This document shows positions 49,815-61,041 of a DNA stretch of 64,000 nucleotides, in pieces. The position numbers and the translations under genes were made by a program. The stretch covers positions 28,079,821-28,143,820 of the forward strand of contig NC_092379.1 of NCBI RefSeq assembly GCF_030028105.1, in the 5' to 3' direction. Position 1 is the stretch's first letter. The number at the start of each line of letters is the position of its first letter. The notes below the pieces were generated by a model. The model worked only from the letters and a program-made list of their open reading frames with translations, made no database searches and was not told the DNA's origin. The DNA comes from Mobula birostris. Lineage: Eukaryota.

Positions 49815-51445
49815 TCTAGTGTGGCTATATGCAATTCATACACGAGGTAGAACCCAGGAAGGTATGGGTCCCAGCTGTGCCTGCCTTTTTGTTGGCTTTG
49901 TGGAGCAATCCATGTTCCAAGCCTATACTCGTATCTGTCCCCCACTTTTCCTTCGCTACATCGACGACTGCATTGGCTCTGCTTCCTGCACAAATGCTGA
50001 ACCCGTTGACTTCATTAAACTTGCCTCCATCTTTCACCCTGCCCTCAAGTTTACCTGGTCCATTTCCGACACATCCCTCCACTCTCTTCATCTTTCTGTC
50101 TTTATGTCTGGAGACATCTTATCTACTGATGTCTACTATAAGCCTACGGATTCTCACAGATACCTGGACTTCCCACCCCGTCTCTCGGAAAAATGCCACC
50201 CCCTTCTCGCATTTCCTCCGTCTCCGCCGCAGCTGCATTCAGGATTAGACTTTTCATTCCAGGAAAGCAGATGTCTTCTTTTTTTTTAAAGGAATGGGCT
50301 TCCCTTCCTCCACCATGAGCTCTGCTCTCAAACGCATCTCCCACATTTCTCGCACATCTGATCTCTCCACATCCTCCCGCCACCCCACTGGGAACAGGGT
50401 TTCCACTGTCCTCACCTACCATCCCACCAGCCTCCAGGTCCAACATATTATTCTCCGTCACTTCCGCCACCTCCAGCGGGATCCCACCACTAAGCACATC
50501 TTTCCCTCCCCCCTCCTCTCTCTGCTTTCTGCAGGGATCGCTCCATACGCGATTCCCTTGTCCATTCGTCCCTCCATCGCTTCCCACCTATTTCCCTCCC
50601 GACACTTATCCTTGTAAAAGGAACAAGTGCTACAAGTGCCCTTACTCTTCCTCCCTCACCAGCATTCAGGGTCCCAGACAGTCCTTCCAGGTGAGACAAG
50701 ACTTCACCTTTGAGTCGGCCGGGGTGATTCACTGCATCCGGTGCACTGTGGTGCGGTTTTCTACAGGTTGGCGAGACCCGACGTAGGCTGGGAGAAAGTT
50801 TTGCTGAACACCTAAGCTCTGCCCGCCAGAGAAAACAGGATCTCCCAGTGGCCACACATTTTAATTCCACATCCTTCTCCCATTCTAATATGTCTATCCA
50901 CTGCCTCGTCCACTGGATGGTGAAGCCACACACTGGTTGCAGGAGCAACACCTTATATTCCGTCTGGGTAGCCTGCAACCTGATGGCATGAACATTGACC
51001 TCTCCACCTTTCATTAATGGCCCTCCTCCCCTTCGTACTCCAGCCCTATTTGTATGTATGTATGTATGTATGTATTTATTTATCGCTTTCCTTCTATCTA
51101 TCTTTTTTCTCCCTTTGTCCATCTCACAATACCTCCTTGCTTGTTCTCTATTCTCTGGGCTCCCCTCCCCCTTTCTTTCGCCCTTGGCTTCCCGTCCCAT
51201 GATCCTCTCCCTTCTCCAGCCTTGTATCCCTTTTGCCTAACACCTTTCTGGTTGTTAGCTCCATCCCTCCCCCTCCTGTCTTCTCCTATAATTTCGCAAC
51301 TGCTCCTCCCCCTCACACTTACAAATCTCTTACTATCTCTTCGTTCAGTTAGTCCTGACGAAGGGTCTTGCCCGGAAACGTCGACTGTACCTCTTCCTAT
51401 AGATGCTGCCTCGCCTGCTGCGTTCACCAGCATTTTTGTGTTGTT
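49815..51445 (+). mobile_element. Penelope-like element (RT end, GIY-YIG endonuclease, pseudo-LTR)
   Basis: MGPSCACLFVG, LRYIDDC and YKPTDSH motifs; GIY-YIG-like GVIHCIRC..GETRRRLG; terminal repeat at 51353-51445. Confidence 0.9.
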
Positions 51446-53423
51446 GCATGCAATTCTTTTCCATTTCTTTTCGATCAATGTAACCTGTCTTCAAAATTGG
51501 AAACGTAAAGAACCCCCATAAAGTACCGCTTTTCGTCCACCAATATATATTCTACTAAATTCGCAATAATTTATTTTACAAATAGTACCAGACTTCCCTT
51601 GAAACACAAATATATGAATGTTACGCTTGGTGAGGTAACAGTGACCTGTTTGATTGAAGTAACAGTGGCGGTCGTTGGATCAGACGCCACAATCATAATC
51701 ACTGCATTTAACAGATAGTGGAAGGGTTTCACTACCAGTTCAGAAGTGGACAGCCCATCGTGACCGCACAAGGTAGTGATCAGAAAAGACTGATGTTCTT
51801 GAGCGCATGACATTCATATACTCGTGGATAGCTTCTCCGGTGTCTATGAGCTGATCAGGGTAAATCCACTAATGATGTGGTCGCTATGTGCACGCAACTT
51901 ATATTTTGGAATAACAAATAAGGTAAATTTTATAAATAGACACTGAAGGGATTTTCATTCTTCCATTCCTACTGGATGCTCACGCAAGAGTTCATGAGTT
52001 TTCACTCTTCCTGGACATTACACAATAACAACAACAAAAAAGACAACCCTACGAGGAAGATTTTTCTTTGAGGAGGGACAGATAACGATTTTAATACTGC
52101 CAATTTGTGGACAGATTACTCGAATGCGACATAAGTTGTGAAGGAAGGTACCAGCATAAAAAAGTTCCACCATGTGGTTTGTGTGTCCACAGTGTAAAGA
52201 CAATTAATCCTCATGCAATTTATTTCAACGAGCCTTCTTCAAAATTTGTCGGAGGACAACAGACAGTAGAGTTGAAATTTTAAAGTTTACAGCAAACGTA
52301 TTATCAAATTACGCACATGCCTCACATGCCTCCTTGAGATTCTGATGTGGAATTTGCTGTTTTGCGTCAGCAGTGCATTGCAATGCATAAAGCTTTTGAT
52401 GCATTACCACGAGAAGTGTATAGATAATAAATAATTAAATTAGCAGTGTTAAAAGTGAGGGGAGTGATAGTAAGGCAGTTTTTTGGGCTCGTTGTCTATT
52501 CGGAAATCTGACGGTGGATTCCTGAAAAGTTCAGTGTTACGGCATGTCCTCGGTGATGGTGACTGGGGAGGAGCCCTCAATGATGCATGCCGTCTATTCT
52601 AAGTATCGACTTTTGCAGATATCCTGCATTAATTTGAGTGTTGTGTCAATAATGAAGCTGGCTGACTTCAAAAAGTTCTGCGACTATTATTATGTATTTA
52701 TGTATTTATTTATTTTTGTTCCTATGCAGTTTCCCAACCTACCAGACAGAGTTGCTGTCAGTTATAATGGTTCCCATATATCTCTAGAAATTACTGTGCG
52801 TATTTGACGGAAGACCAATTCCCAATCCTCCAGTGACATTTAGCCTTTGTAATGCTTTCTTTGTAATTGTGCCCAGTATGAACCCACGAGATGTCGACAG
52901 CCGCGCATTAGAAACTGCTTATCCTTTGCACTTCTGATTCCTCCATAAGGATTGGTATGTGTTTCATCGCCTTCCAATCCTGAAGTCCACAATGAATTTT
53001 GGTCTTACTAAGACAACACTCAAGCAGCTGATCTCTAAAGCTGCCGTACGCCTCTTCGTCAGCATCTGAAATTATGCAAACAATATCTATGTTGCCTCAA
53101 ATTTAACGTTCGGATTAGAGCTGTGGGAAACCTCAGAATCGTGCTTGTTGTAAGGGTCGCGAAGGTATGGTTAAATTGTCAGCGACCACGATGTGTTATT
53201 TCCAGTTGTTTTACCAGGAGGTCTCCCATTTAGGAGATCTAATCCAGTTGCAGGTTTTGAGTTTGTTGACGAAAGCTGAGGAGTGTTGATGGCTGAGAAG
53301 AAAGACATTCCAAAACTGATGTTGTGAACAAAAAATAATTGTAAAATAAAAGTCTCCTAGTACACGATAAAGACACAACTGATTGTAATTATTCCCCAGG
53401 CGTTTCTGTAATATTTCCATCAG

Positions 53424-54072
53424 ATTAGATTAGATTAGATTAGATTAGATTATGAGGACATGCGTTCCTCTTTTATTGCCATTTAGTGAAGCATGCATTC
53501 AAAAATGATACAATGTTTCTTCAGAATGATATCACAGGTACACATGACAAACCAACTGAAAACTGACAAAAAACAGACAATTATATCATATATTTACAAC
53601 AGTGCAAAGCAATACCGTAATTTGATAAAGAACAGACCATGGGCACGGTAAAAAAGTCTCAAAGTCTCTCGAAAGTCCGATCTTCTCAACCATACGGTGA
53701 GCCTCCAGCGCTGCAAACTTGCCAATGCAGCATCCTGGAAGCATCCGACTACAGTCCGACACCGAGTCCGTCCGAAAACTCCGAGTCTCCGACCAGCTCT
53801 CCGACACCGTGCACCGAGCACCATCTCGGCCGAACGCTTCGACCCCGGCCCCGGCAAAAGGCAATCGGCAAAGCCGAGGATTTGGGACATTCCCCTCCGG
53901 AGATTCTCAATCGCACAGTAGCAGCGGCGGCGAAGCGGGCATTTCAGAATTTCTCCAGGTGTTTATCCGTGCTTCTAACGGCTGTCTCCATCAAATCAGG
54001 ATTGTGCACGGCCCCTAGTTAACACATACGATATCAGCAGCGTCGCCCCGCCATCTTTCCCTCCCTCGTCCT
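53424..54072 (-). mobile_element. Non-autonomous LINE-derived insertion with (AGATT)n tail
   Basis: Absent at ~779 in the paralogue. Flanked by CATCAG/CATTAG (possible TSD). Confidence 0.7.
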
Positions 54073-54199
54073 CATTAGCGATAGATTGCGGTGACAATCA
54101 AGAAGCAATCAGGAAGATATACTTATGTGCCAACTTTCAAGTCATTTCACAATGCATCATTTGAATTTTGTATGTTTGAAATTTCTATACAGATTTAAT

Positions 54200-54450
54200 T
54201 GTGCATCAGCAGAACAATCTCGAATGTGTTGATGCCTGCGTTTTTTGATTTTGATTGTCAGTAACTATAGCCGTGGACATGCAAGCCGGCCGGGAAAAAA
54301 CATAAGTACCTGCTGGAGCTGCTGTATTTCCGCATTTACGTCATACTTTAATTGGTTAATACAATACGCGAAGGAACACTGTATGCTGCATAACAGCAGA
54401 GCTCGAGCTCGCTGAGCGGACTCAGGACTGTGCATCATCCTGTGCAAGTG
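54200..54450 (+). pseudogene. Paralogue of the 900-1150 V relic
   Basis: TGG at 54274, then PAGKKHKYLL, RNTV..ITAELEL, GACTCAGG, and TGT GCA at 54441. Confidence 0.4.
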
Positions 54451-55215
54451 CAATATAGAAAATATCGGAGAAGAATATAGATAATTTAAATGTTCCCATT
54501 TTCAGTAGTATGCACTATTTCAGGACGAACTGCAAACGCCCCTCTCATCGATTGCCCGGTAAGCAGTATGCGCAAATACTCAGTGGCACTGAAACAAACT
54601 GCACAAAATAAACACTTGGTTTCCTTCAAGTCCCAAAGCCGGCTATACAAATAATCATTGCTACCACCTTTTGGTAAGTTCCAAAGTTATTCAATAAAAA
54701 AAAAAAACTACATTTGCAGAATCCGTTGAAAGACAAAAAAATGTTACGCACCAGAAGTTTCAGCCCGTTTCAGCGTGTTTATATTAAATCTGATCTATCC
54801 ATATTCTTTTTGATATCGACCAGAGATGTTTACTGCCTGATATTATCTCCTTTTTGGCACACTTACTTCGTAGCACTGACTTTCATATTTCTGGCATAAT
54901 CTGCCTCAACGTGCAAGCGCAATTTGATGACAATCTTTTCCAAGACGCCCAAAAGCTACATCACCTTCGCACAGCGACGAGCGGCACTGTGCAGTTAATG
55001 TTGACAGACAACGACTACTTCATTGTTTAAAGATCTTTGCCGGTTGCCAACTGACCTGTCGAATCCTGCACCACGTTTGAAAGCCGTTTATCACAAATGT
55101 GATACTGTTAGATTGCGCTTGAGGTTGGTTGTTTTACACAGATTTTGCTGTATTTTTAATCTAACAGTCCGTTTCCACTGCACAATTACAGAATTACAGA
55201 GACGGGGAACGTTGT

Positions 55216-55752
55216 TGTCAAGACGGATTCCTACCGCTCCTCATTATTATGTTCCTCTTCGGTAAGTCGATACTTCATTGTAATAAACGACATTAATCTA
55301 GAATACTACTTTAATACCAGGGGCTACTCTAGAACAGTACTGTAATATTAGAGCTTCTCTACCTTTCCTTCATCGACCCTTATTCTATTTAAGGTTGCAG
55401 TTTGTTGGAAGTGTTGATTGTGGTTTATAATTTATTTTACAGTTACACTGGGATCATCAAGACATCGTGGAACAGTTGCTCGGTTAAACAACTTTCCATG
55501 AAAAAAAGGTAAGACAGTTGTGAATTTAACTTTGCAACCAAGTGGTCCTCTCTGAGATGTGTTCCTGAACAGACAGCAACCAAAGTAATTGTTGCGGATT
55601 CCAGCACAGCAAGTAAATCGACAATTGGACGGAACGGACCGGTGGTATGACATAGCAAAAAATATACATGACTATTCTGTTCAAACCCGACTCCGCCATG
55701 TACCTCTGCAAAAGACAATGCATCGAAGTATCTTTTGCACTGAAAGAAAAAA
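55216..55752 (+). pseudogene. Degenerate TCR V pseudogene, paralogue of 1917-2445
   Basis: Donor GTAAG at 55262 and acceptor AC at 55445-55446. GAC TCC GCC ATG TAC CTC TGC (DSAMYLC). GACAATG + 23 nt + A-rich relic nonamer. Confidence 0.82.
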
Positions 55753-57037
55753 ACACTTCCAAAAATTTCACGTGAGCTCGATAGAGGGCGAGCTCATCAA
55801 AAGAAACAGGGCTGGCGAAGCAAGGTGGAAACAAATTCTAAGTAATATCAGAATGCTTAATCGAATGTTTCTAAAATATCGAGTGTGCAGAAAGAACGCG
55901 ATAGTATTCTCTTCTATATTTTCTGTATATTTTTGCATTTTGCTCCCACCAAAATCTCATTACACGACTCCTGTGCTGTTTTAATTGACCATTCCGCCTT
56001 AAATCCTGCATTATCCCAGTGGACAATACCAATAGATTAATATTTTGAAGGGGATGGCTTTAAATAGACAGCATAATGGCGAAAGACGTGCTCGTATTCT
56101 GATCAGACAAAACTTCCCATCTATATCACAAAGGAACAAACGTATGGTTATCTCACACAGCAACAATATTATCGCTGGTGATTCCAGTCAACGGCTTGTA
56201 AGCACACTTCCGATATATTTGATAAACATACAGCCTCTCACAGCTATCTTGACTATACCTCTTCACACATTAACTGGTCGAAATGGTCACACTTTGTCAT
56301 TGTTATTCCGTTTCCTCTGTGTTCTGTTCTCAGTATGATGCGTTCAAAAAAAGCGAAACAACGTTTGAGATGTTATCATTCTGTAAAATACAGGGGTTCC
56401 CTTCCTCTAAAATCGATACTGCACTCACTCGCATCTATTCCATTTCATATCATTCCATCGCTTTGAGAGGGAAAACGTTCCCATTGTACTTCGGAGGCTC
56501 AGCCAGTACATCACTCCACGGAAGTTCCGCGATCGTCCACGAGACCTTTGTCGAATTATAACTTTCTCTCCACCGTGCCATTTTTTTTCCCGCTTTCTGC
56601 TGGGATCACGCTCTGCGTGACTACATTGTCATGCGCAACTGCATACTGAACTCAGTGCTGTCTCTGTTTTCTTGCGAATGGAATATATGCTAATGTTGCC
56701 CATTCACCTCCTCGCTCACCACCAGTCAAGGCCCAAACAGTCTTTCCAGATGATTCAACAGCCTAACTGCCTGTCTTTTGTGAGCTTCAACTTTGCCTGA
56801 CGCCCCAGGCACGGCTTAGAATAATATAATACAATCGAGCTAAGTTGGGGAGCTTCTTCGGGCATTTTCGCACTGTCCCCCAAAACAAACTCCAAAGTAA
56901 ATTTACCAGTGATATAATTTTCTTGTGAGCATACGCAGGAAATTCAGTAACTGTAATGGCGTAATTGAAATATGTCACACAACAGTGCAGACAATTAATA
57001 ATATTAATAATTATAATGTATAATGCAAGGAAGGAAG

Positions 57038-57074
57038 GAAGAAGAAGAAGAAGAAGAAGAAGAAGAAGAAGAAG
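57038..57074. repeat. (GAA)n microsatellite
   Basis: About 12 GAA units; not expanded in the paralogue at ~3718. Confidence 0.95.
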
Positions 57075-57149
57075 ACGACGAAGAAATAAGTATCGAGAGC
57101 ATGAAATGAATAAGTCCCTGAAAGTGAGTCGATAGCTTGGAGGAACAGT

Positions 57150-58170
57150 TAAGTGATTGGCAAGTTTTATCCCTCTGGTTCAACGGCCTGATATTTGAGA
57201 GGTAGCACATTTTTCTTAACCTGCAAACCTGAACATTGAGCCTCATTTACCTTCTCCCTGATTGCGATCCGCATGGGGTACATGACTCGGATGGTGGGGG
57301 TCCCTGATCATAAATGCTGCTTCCCTGCGACAACGATCAGTGTAGCTATGTTTAATGATGTAGAATGTTTTTTTGGTGATGGACTTGGGTGTATCAAGTA
57401 CTGTTTATAAGATGTTCCGTTCAAACCCATTGTAGTTTCCATACAGGTCTGTGATGAAGCCAATCATCATAATCTTATGTAGGAGCGTGTCCATGTCAGA
57501 TCACTCCCTCGCAAACTCGAGGAAGTAGATGAGCTGCTTCCGAAGGGTGAAGCATTTAAAGTAGATTACCTTCCTACCACTAATTTCTCTGATAAAGTCT
57601 GGTACATGTACCTCAGGTTTCCTCCACCTGAAATCAACAATCAGCTCCTTCGTCTTATTGACATTGAGTAAAATAGTTTTGTTGTGACAGATATCAATCT
57701 CCCTCCTTGCCACTGAATCGTTGTCACTCTTGATTCGGCAAACAATATCGTCAGCAAATGTAAATATAACCGTTGAACTGATGTTAGCCACATAGTCAGA
57801 ATTATAAAGTGAATAGAGTAGAGGGGAATAGTACACACACTTGTGCTGCAACTATGCTGATTGATATTTTGGGCGAGATAGTGTTGTTAATCCGACCTGA
57901 CTGCGTCTGCATGTGTGCAAATCGAGTACCCAATTTTACAAGGAAGAACTGAGGCCTTGAAACGTGTTAATTACTTTTGAGGAGATAATAGCATTGAATG
58001 CCGGGATGTACATATCCTTCATAGTCGGATGTTCCAACTTTAAGTGAACAGCCATGAAGCAGATTTCCAGGTGATTACAAATACCAATATGACTTCCATT
58101 CTCAAAATGATTTATTGGTGTTTGGCCTCCTCTACGGCCGCCGTGAGGATAGTCTCAGTTTTGAGGATCA
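57150..58170 (-). mobile_element. Rex1/Babar-type LINE RT fragment, uninterrupted paralogue
   Basis: YSPLLYSLY...FADD...LNVNKTKELIVDFR in ORF 57501-57851. Confidence 0.8.
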
Positions 58171-58329
58171 AAACTTCCTGTTCTGTCTTGGCACCCTCGG
58201 ACCTCATGGCAAGAGTATTGATTTATCTAACTTTCGGAAATTTCTCGCCCCTCGGTTGCAAACCATGTTTTGGTGCTGGAATGGAATGTACTTCACGTAA
58301 TTTGGAAAGCAAGAAGAATGTGAGTAGAT

Positions 58330-58690
58330 AGATTGATACTTTAATTATCGACTCAAAAGACATATTCTTCTCCATTTCCCGAAAAATGTCATGTCATACA
58401 TTTCAAGACTGTTATTAACTCGACTAGTGAGCAATCGCCTCATAACCCTTCTGTTCCCATGTTCATAGTGGCTGGGTCAGTGTGCAAGCACATCTTAAGC
58501 CTGATCACGTAGGAGCTTCGGCCAGCTCATTAGTACGTTTTTGGACTATGAGTAAAAACCAATAGACCCGGAGGAAATCCAGGCAGTCACGGCGAGAACC
58601 TACATCTCCTTACAGACGGGTTGGAAATTGAACCTGAGTCGCTGATACTGAAATTTTCAGCCGCAGCCACTATGCCATCATGCTGCCATA
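58330..58690 (-). mobile_element. tRNA-derived SINE (HE1-like)
   Basis: The reverse strand begins GGCAGCATGATGGCATAGTGG...CAGGTTCAATTTCC...GTCTGTAAGGAG, with A/B-box-like motifs. Confidence 0.65.
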
Positions 58691-59549
58691 TAATTTATAC
58701 AAAAGCATATCTCTGCTGCAATATCGAAAACTACGATTATGACGAGTAGCAGTCGCCTTTATCATCTCCATGTCCGAACCATGTCACACAGGAGTGACAT
58801 TTGTCTTTCAACAAATACTCTGATTTGTACCAAAGATTGGATCCAATGATGTTAGATCAGAGAAATCCCCGCCATAGACACAATTGGCCGCCAGCTGCAG
58901 TGCTCCAAATCCGAGGTATTTTGCATAGCAGACACATTAAACAATGTGTAAGTATACGGAGACATACCCGGACCGAAATACTGCCAATAGAAAGCGTCAT
59001 ATTTTCTGCATCGCGTCACCAAGAATGTGACCGAGAAAGGAAAATTGCAGTGCAATATTGGTATTCGCCCAAGAAAGTGCCGAATACTTTACCGACTTTA
59101 ACATTAATTTAAGCTTTGCATCCTCAACATCCCTCCATGTATTTTCTTTTATCCATCTGGTTAACTAAGAATTTCATAATTGCCGCAGTATATCTACCAC
59201 TACAATAACACCTGACCGGTAGTTGGACGCACCCACAACTCTCCGTGAAAAGAAATGCACTCTGATATCCATTCGCCATACGTTCTTCCCATCAACTTAT
59301 ATTATGACCCCGCCTATTTTATCTGACCGCCCTTGCAACAAATCTCTGATTATTCAGTCTAATCATGCATTTTGTTTTCTTGTGCCATCAAATGACCGCC
59401 GATGCTCGTTCACTTCAGATAGAAAGGTCCACGCACGCCCATACTTTCTTCGAAAGAAAAGTGCTTTAGTCAAGGCAACATCCCAGTAAATCTAATGCAC
59501 ACCATCTCCAACGTTCCTATATTCTTCCGAAAAGCAGGCAACCAGAACT

Positions 59550-60395
59550 CAACAATTATGCAAGTGTGATTTAATTAGGGTTTTATGGAGCCAAAACCCT
59601 AACCAGGAGGGAGGGCTTCATGTTTCTGGACAATACGGCCTTGTTCCAAGGAAGGTGGGACCTGTTTCGACGGGACGGGTTGCACCTGAATTGCAGGGGG
59701 ACTAACAACCTTTGCAGGAAGGTTTGCTAGTGCAGCTCTAGGGCGTATAAACTAGTTTTGCAGGGGGAGGGGAGCCAAAGTGTTAGAGTAGATAGTGAGA
59801 TGGAGGCGGATAAATGTCATGCGAGAACTGCAAGTATAGTGCTTGGAGGATAGCCAGATCTAACATATAAAGGGGCTTTGAGGAAAGAGAAGCAGAATAA
59901 ATGCTTTAAATGTAGTAAGGTAGAAGGGCGAAAGTGCGTGTACTTTAATGCAGGAAGCATCAGGAACAACGGTGACGAACTGAGAGCCATTACAGTGGCC
60001 ATTACAGAGACATGGCTGGCACCAAGGCCCGAATGAATTTCCAACATTCCTGGATTTCAGTGTTTTAAAAGGGATGGGCGGAGGGATAGGACAGGGAAGG
60101 TGGCGTTACTGGTCAAGGATACACATACTGTTACCGAAGGGTGTGTAAAGTAGTAGGATCCTCTTTTAAGCCAGTATGGGTAGAAGTCAGGAACAATAAG
60201 GGAGCAGTTGCTCTATTCGGAGTATTCTATATGCCCCAGATAGCAGCAGAGATACCGAGGAGCAGATTGGGAGGCAGATTTTGGAAAGGTGCAAAAACAA
60301 CAGTGTTTCTATCATGGGTGTCTTTAACTTCCCTAATACTGAATAGCACCTGATTAGTTCCAATGGTTTAGACGAGGCAGAGTTGTTTAAGTGTG
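59550..60395 (+). mobile_element. CR1 fragment (ORF1 esterase end + endonuclease start), cut by an LTR
   Basis: RWDLFRRDGLHLN-like ORF1 stretch and WVEVRNNKGAVALFGVFY endonuclease stretch. Confidence 0.8.
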
Positions 60396-61041
60396 TGTCA
60401 TAACGGGGTCACTGGAAGGCGGATACAAATGCAAGACACAGACACTGAGGTACAAGGAACTGGACTGGACTAGGCTCAGGGACGGTATAGGACACAGACC
60501 AGGGCCTGGGTCTTGGGCTAGGACTTTTGCTTAGAAGGCGTGACCAGGATAAGGATCTGGAAAATAGGAGCCTGGACATGGATTTCGAGACTGAGACTAG
60601 ACAAGGACCCAGAACCTGGGCATTGACTCGTGCTCAAACCCCGGAACTAGGCGAAGACATGACGAGGCTTGGGTTCCTCGAGTCTTGTCTATGCACTCCG
60701 AGCCAGAGATTAGGCAAGGACCCAGAACCTCGGTCTTGACTCGGGCTTGGACTCCGGAACTAGGCGAAGACGTGACATGGTCTTGGGAGACAGGGACCGC
60801 GGAGCCTTGGACGAGGACTGGACGCTCGGAGCCTTGGGCGAGAACTGAATGCTCGGTTCCTAATTCTGGAACACGGGAACACGGAGCCTACAACTTGAGA
60901 AACAACAACATGGAACACAGAGCAGGGACCCTCCTTGGGAACAGATTGTAGGGCTGGAACTCATACAGAGAACCCAGAGCCGGGACCCCACCTTGGGAAC
61001 AGGACGTAGGGCTGGGACTCATACACAGAACACAGAGCCGG
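60396..61041. mobile_element. LTR related to 4009-4862, truncated by ERV insertion
   Basis: TGTCATAA...CAAATGCAAGACACAGACACTGA start. A ~59-bp tandem repeat at ~60905-61041 breaks off at AGAGCCGG. Confidence 0.75.

Noticed and set aside
51571-51813. ORF with QVTVTSPSV resembling a J segment
   Set aside because: No FGxG motif, no upstream 12-RSS and no donor in the right place.
58800-59080. Minus ORF with LHCNF and FYWQYFGPGMSP, V-like
   Set aside because: The Cys-to-Trp distance of 21 residues is too long, the final Cys register is off, and there is no RSS or paralogue. Left unresolved.
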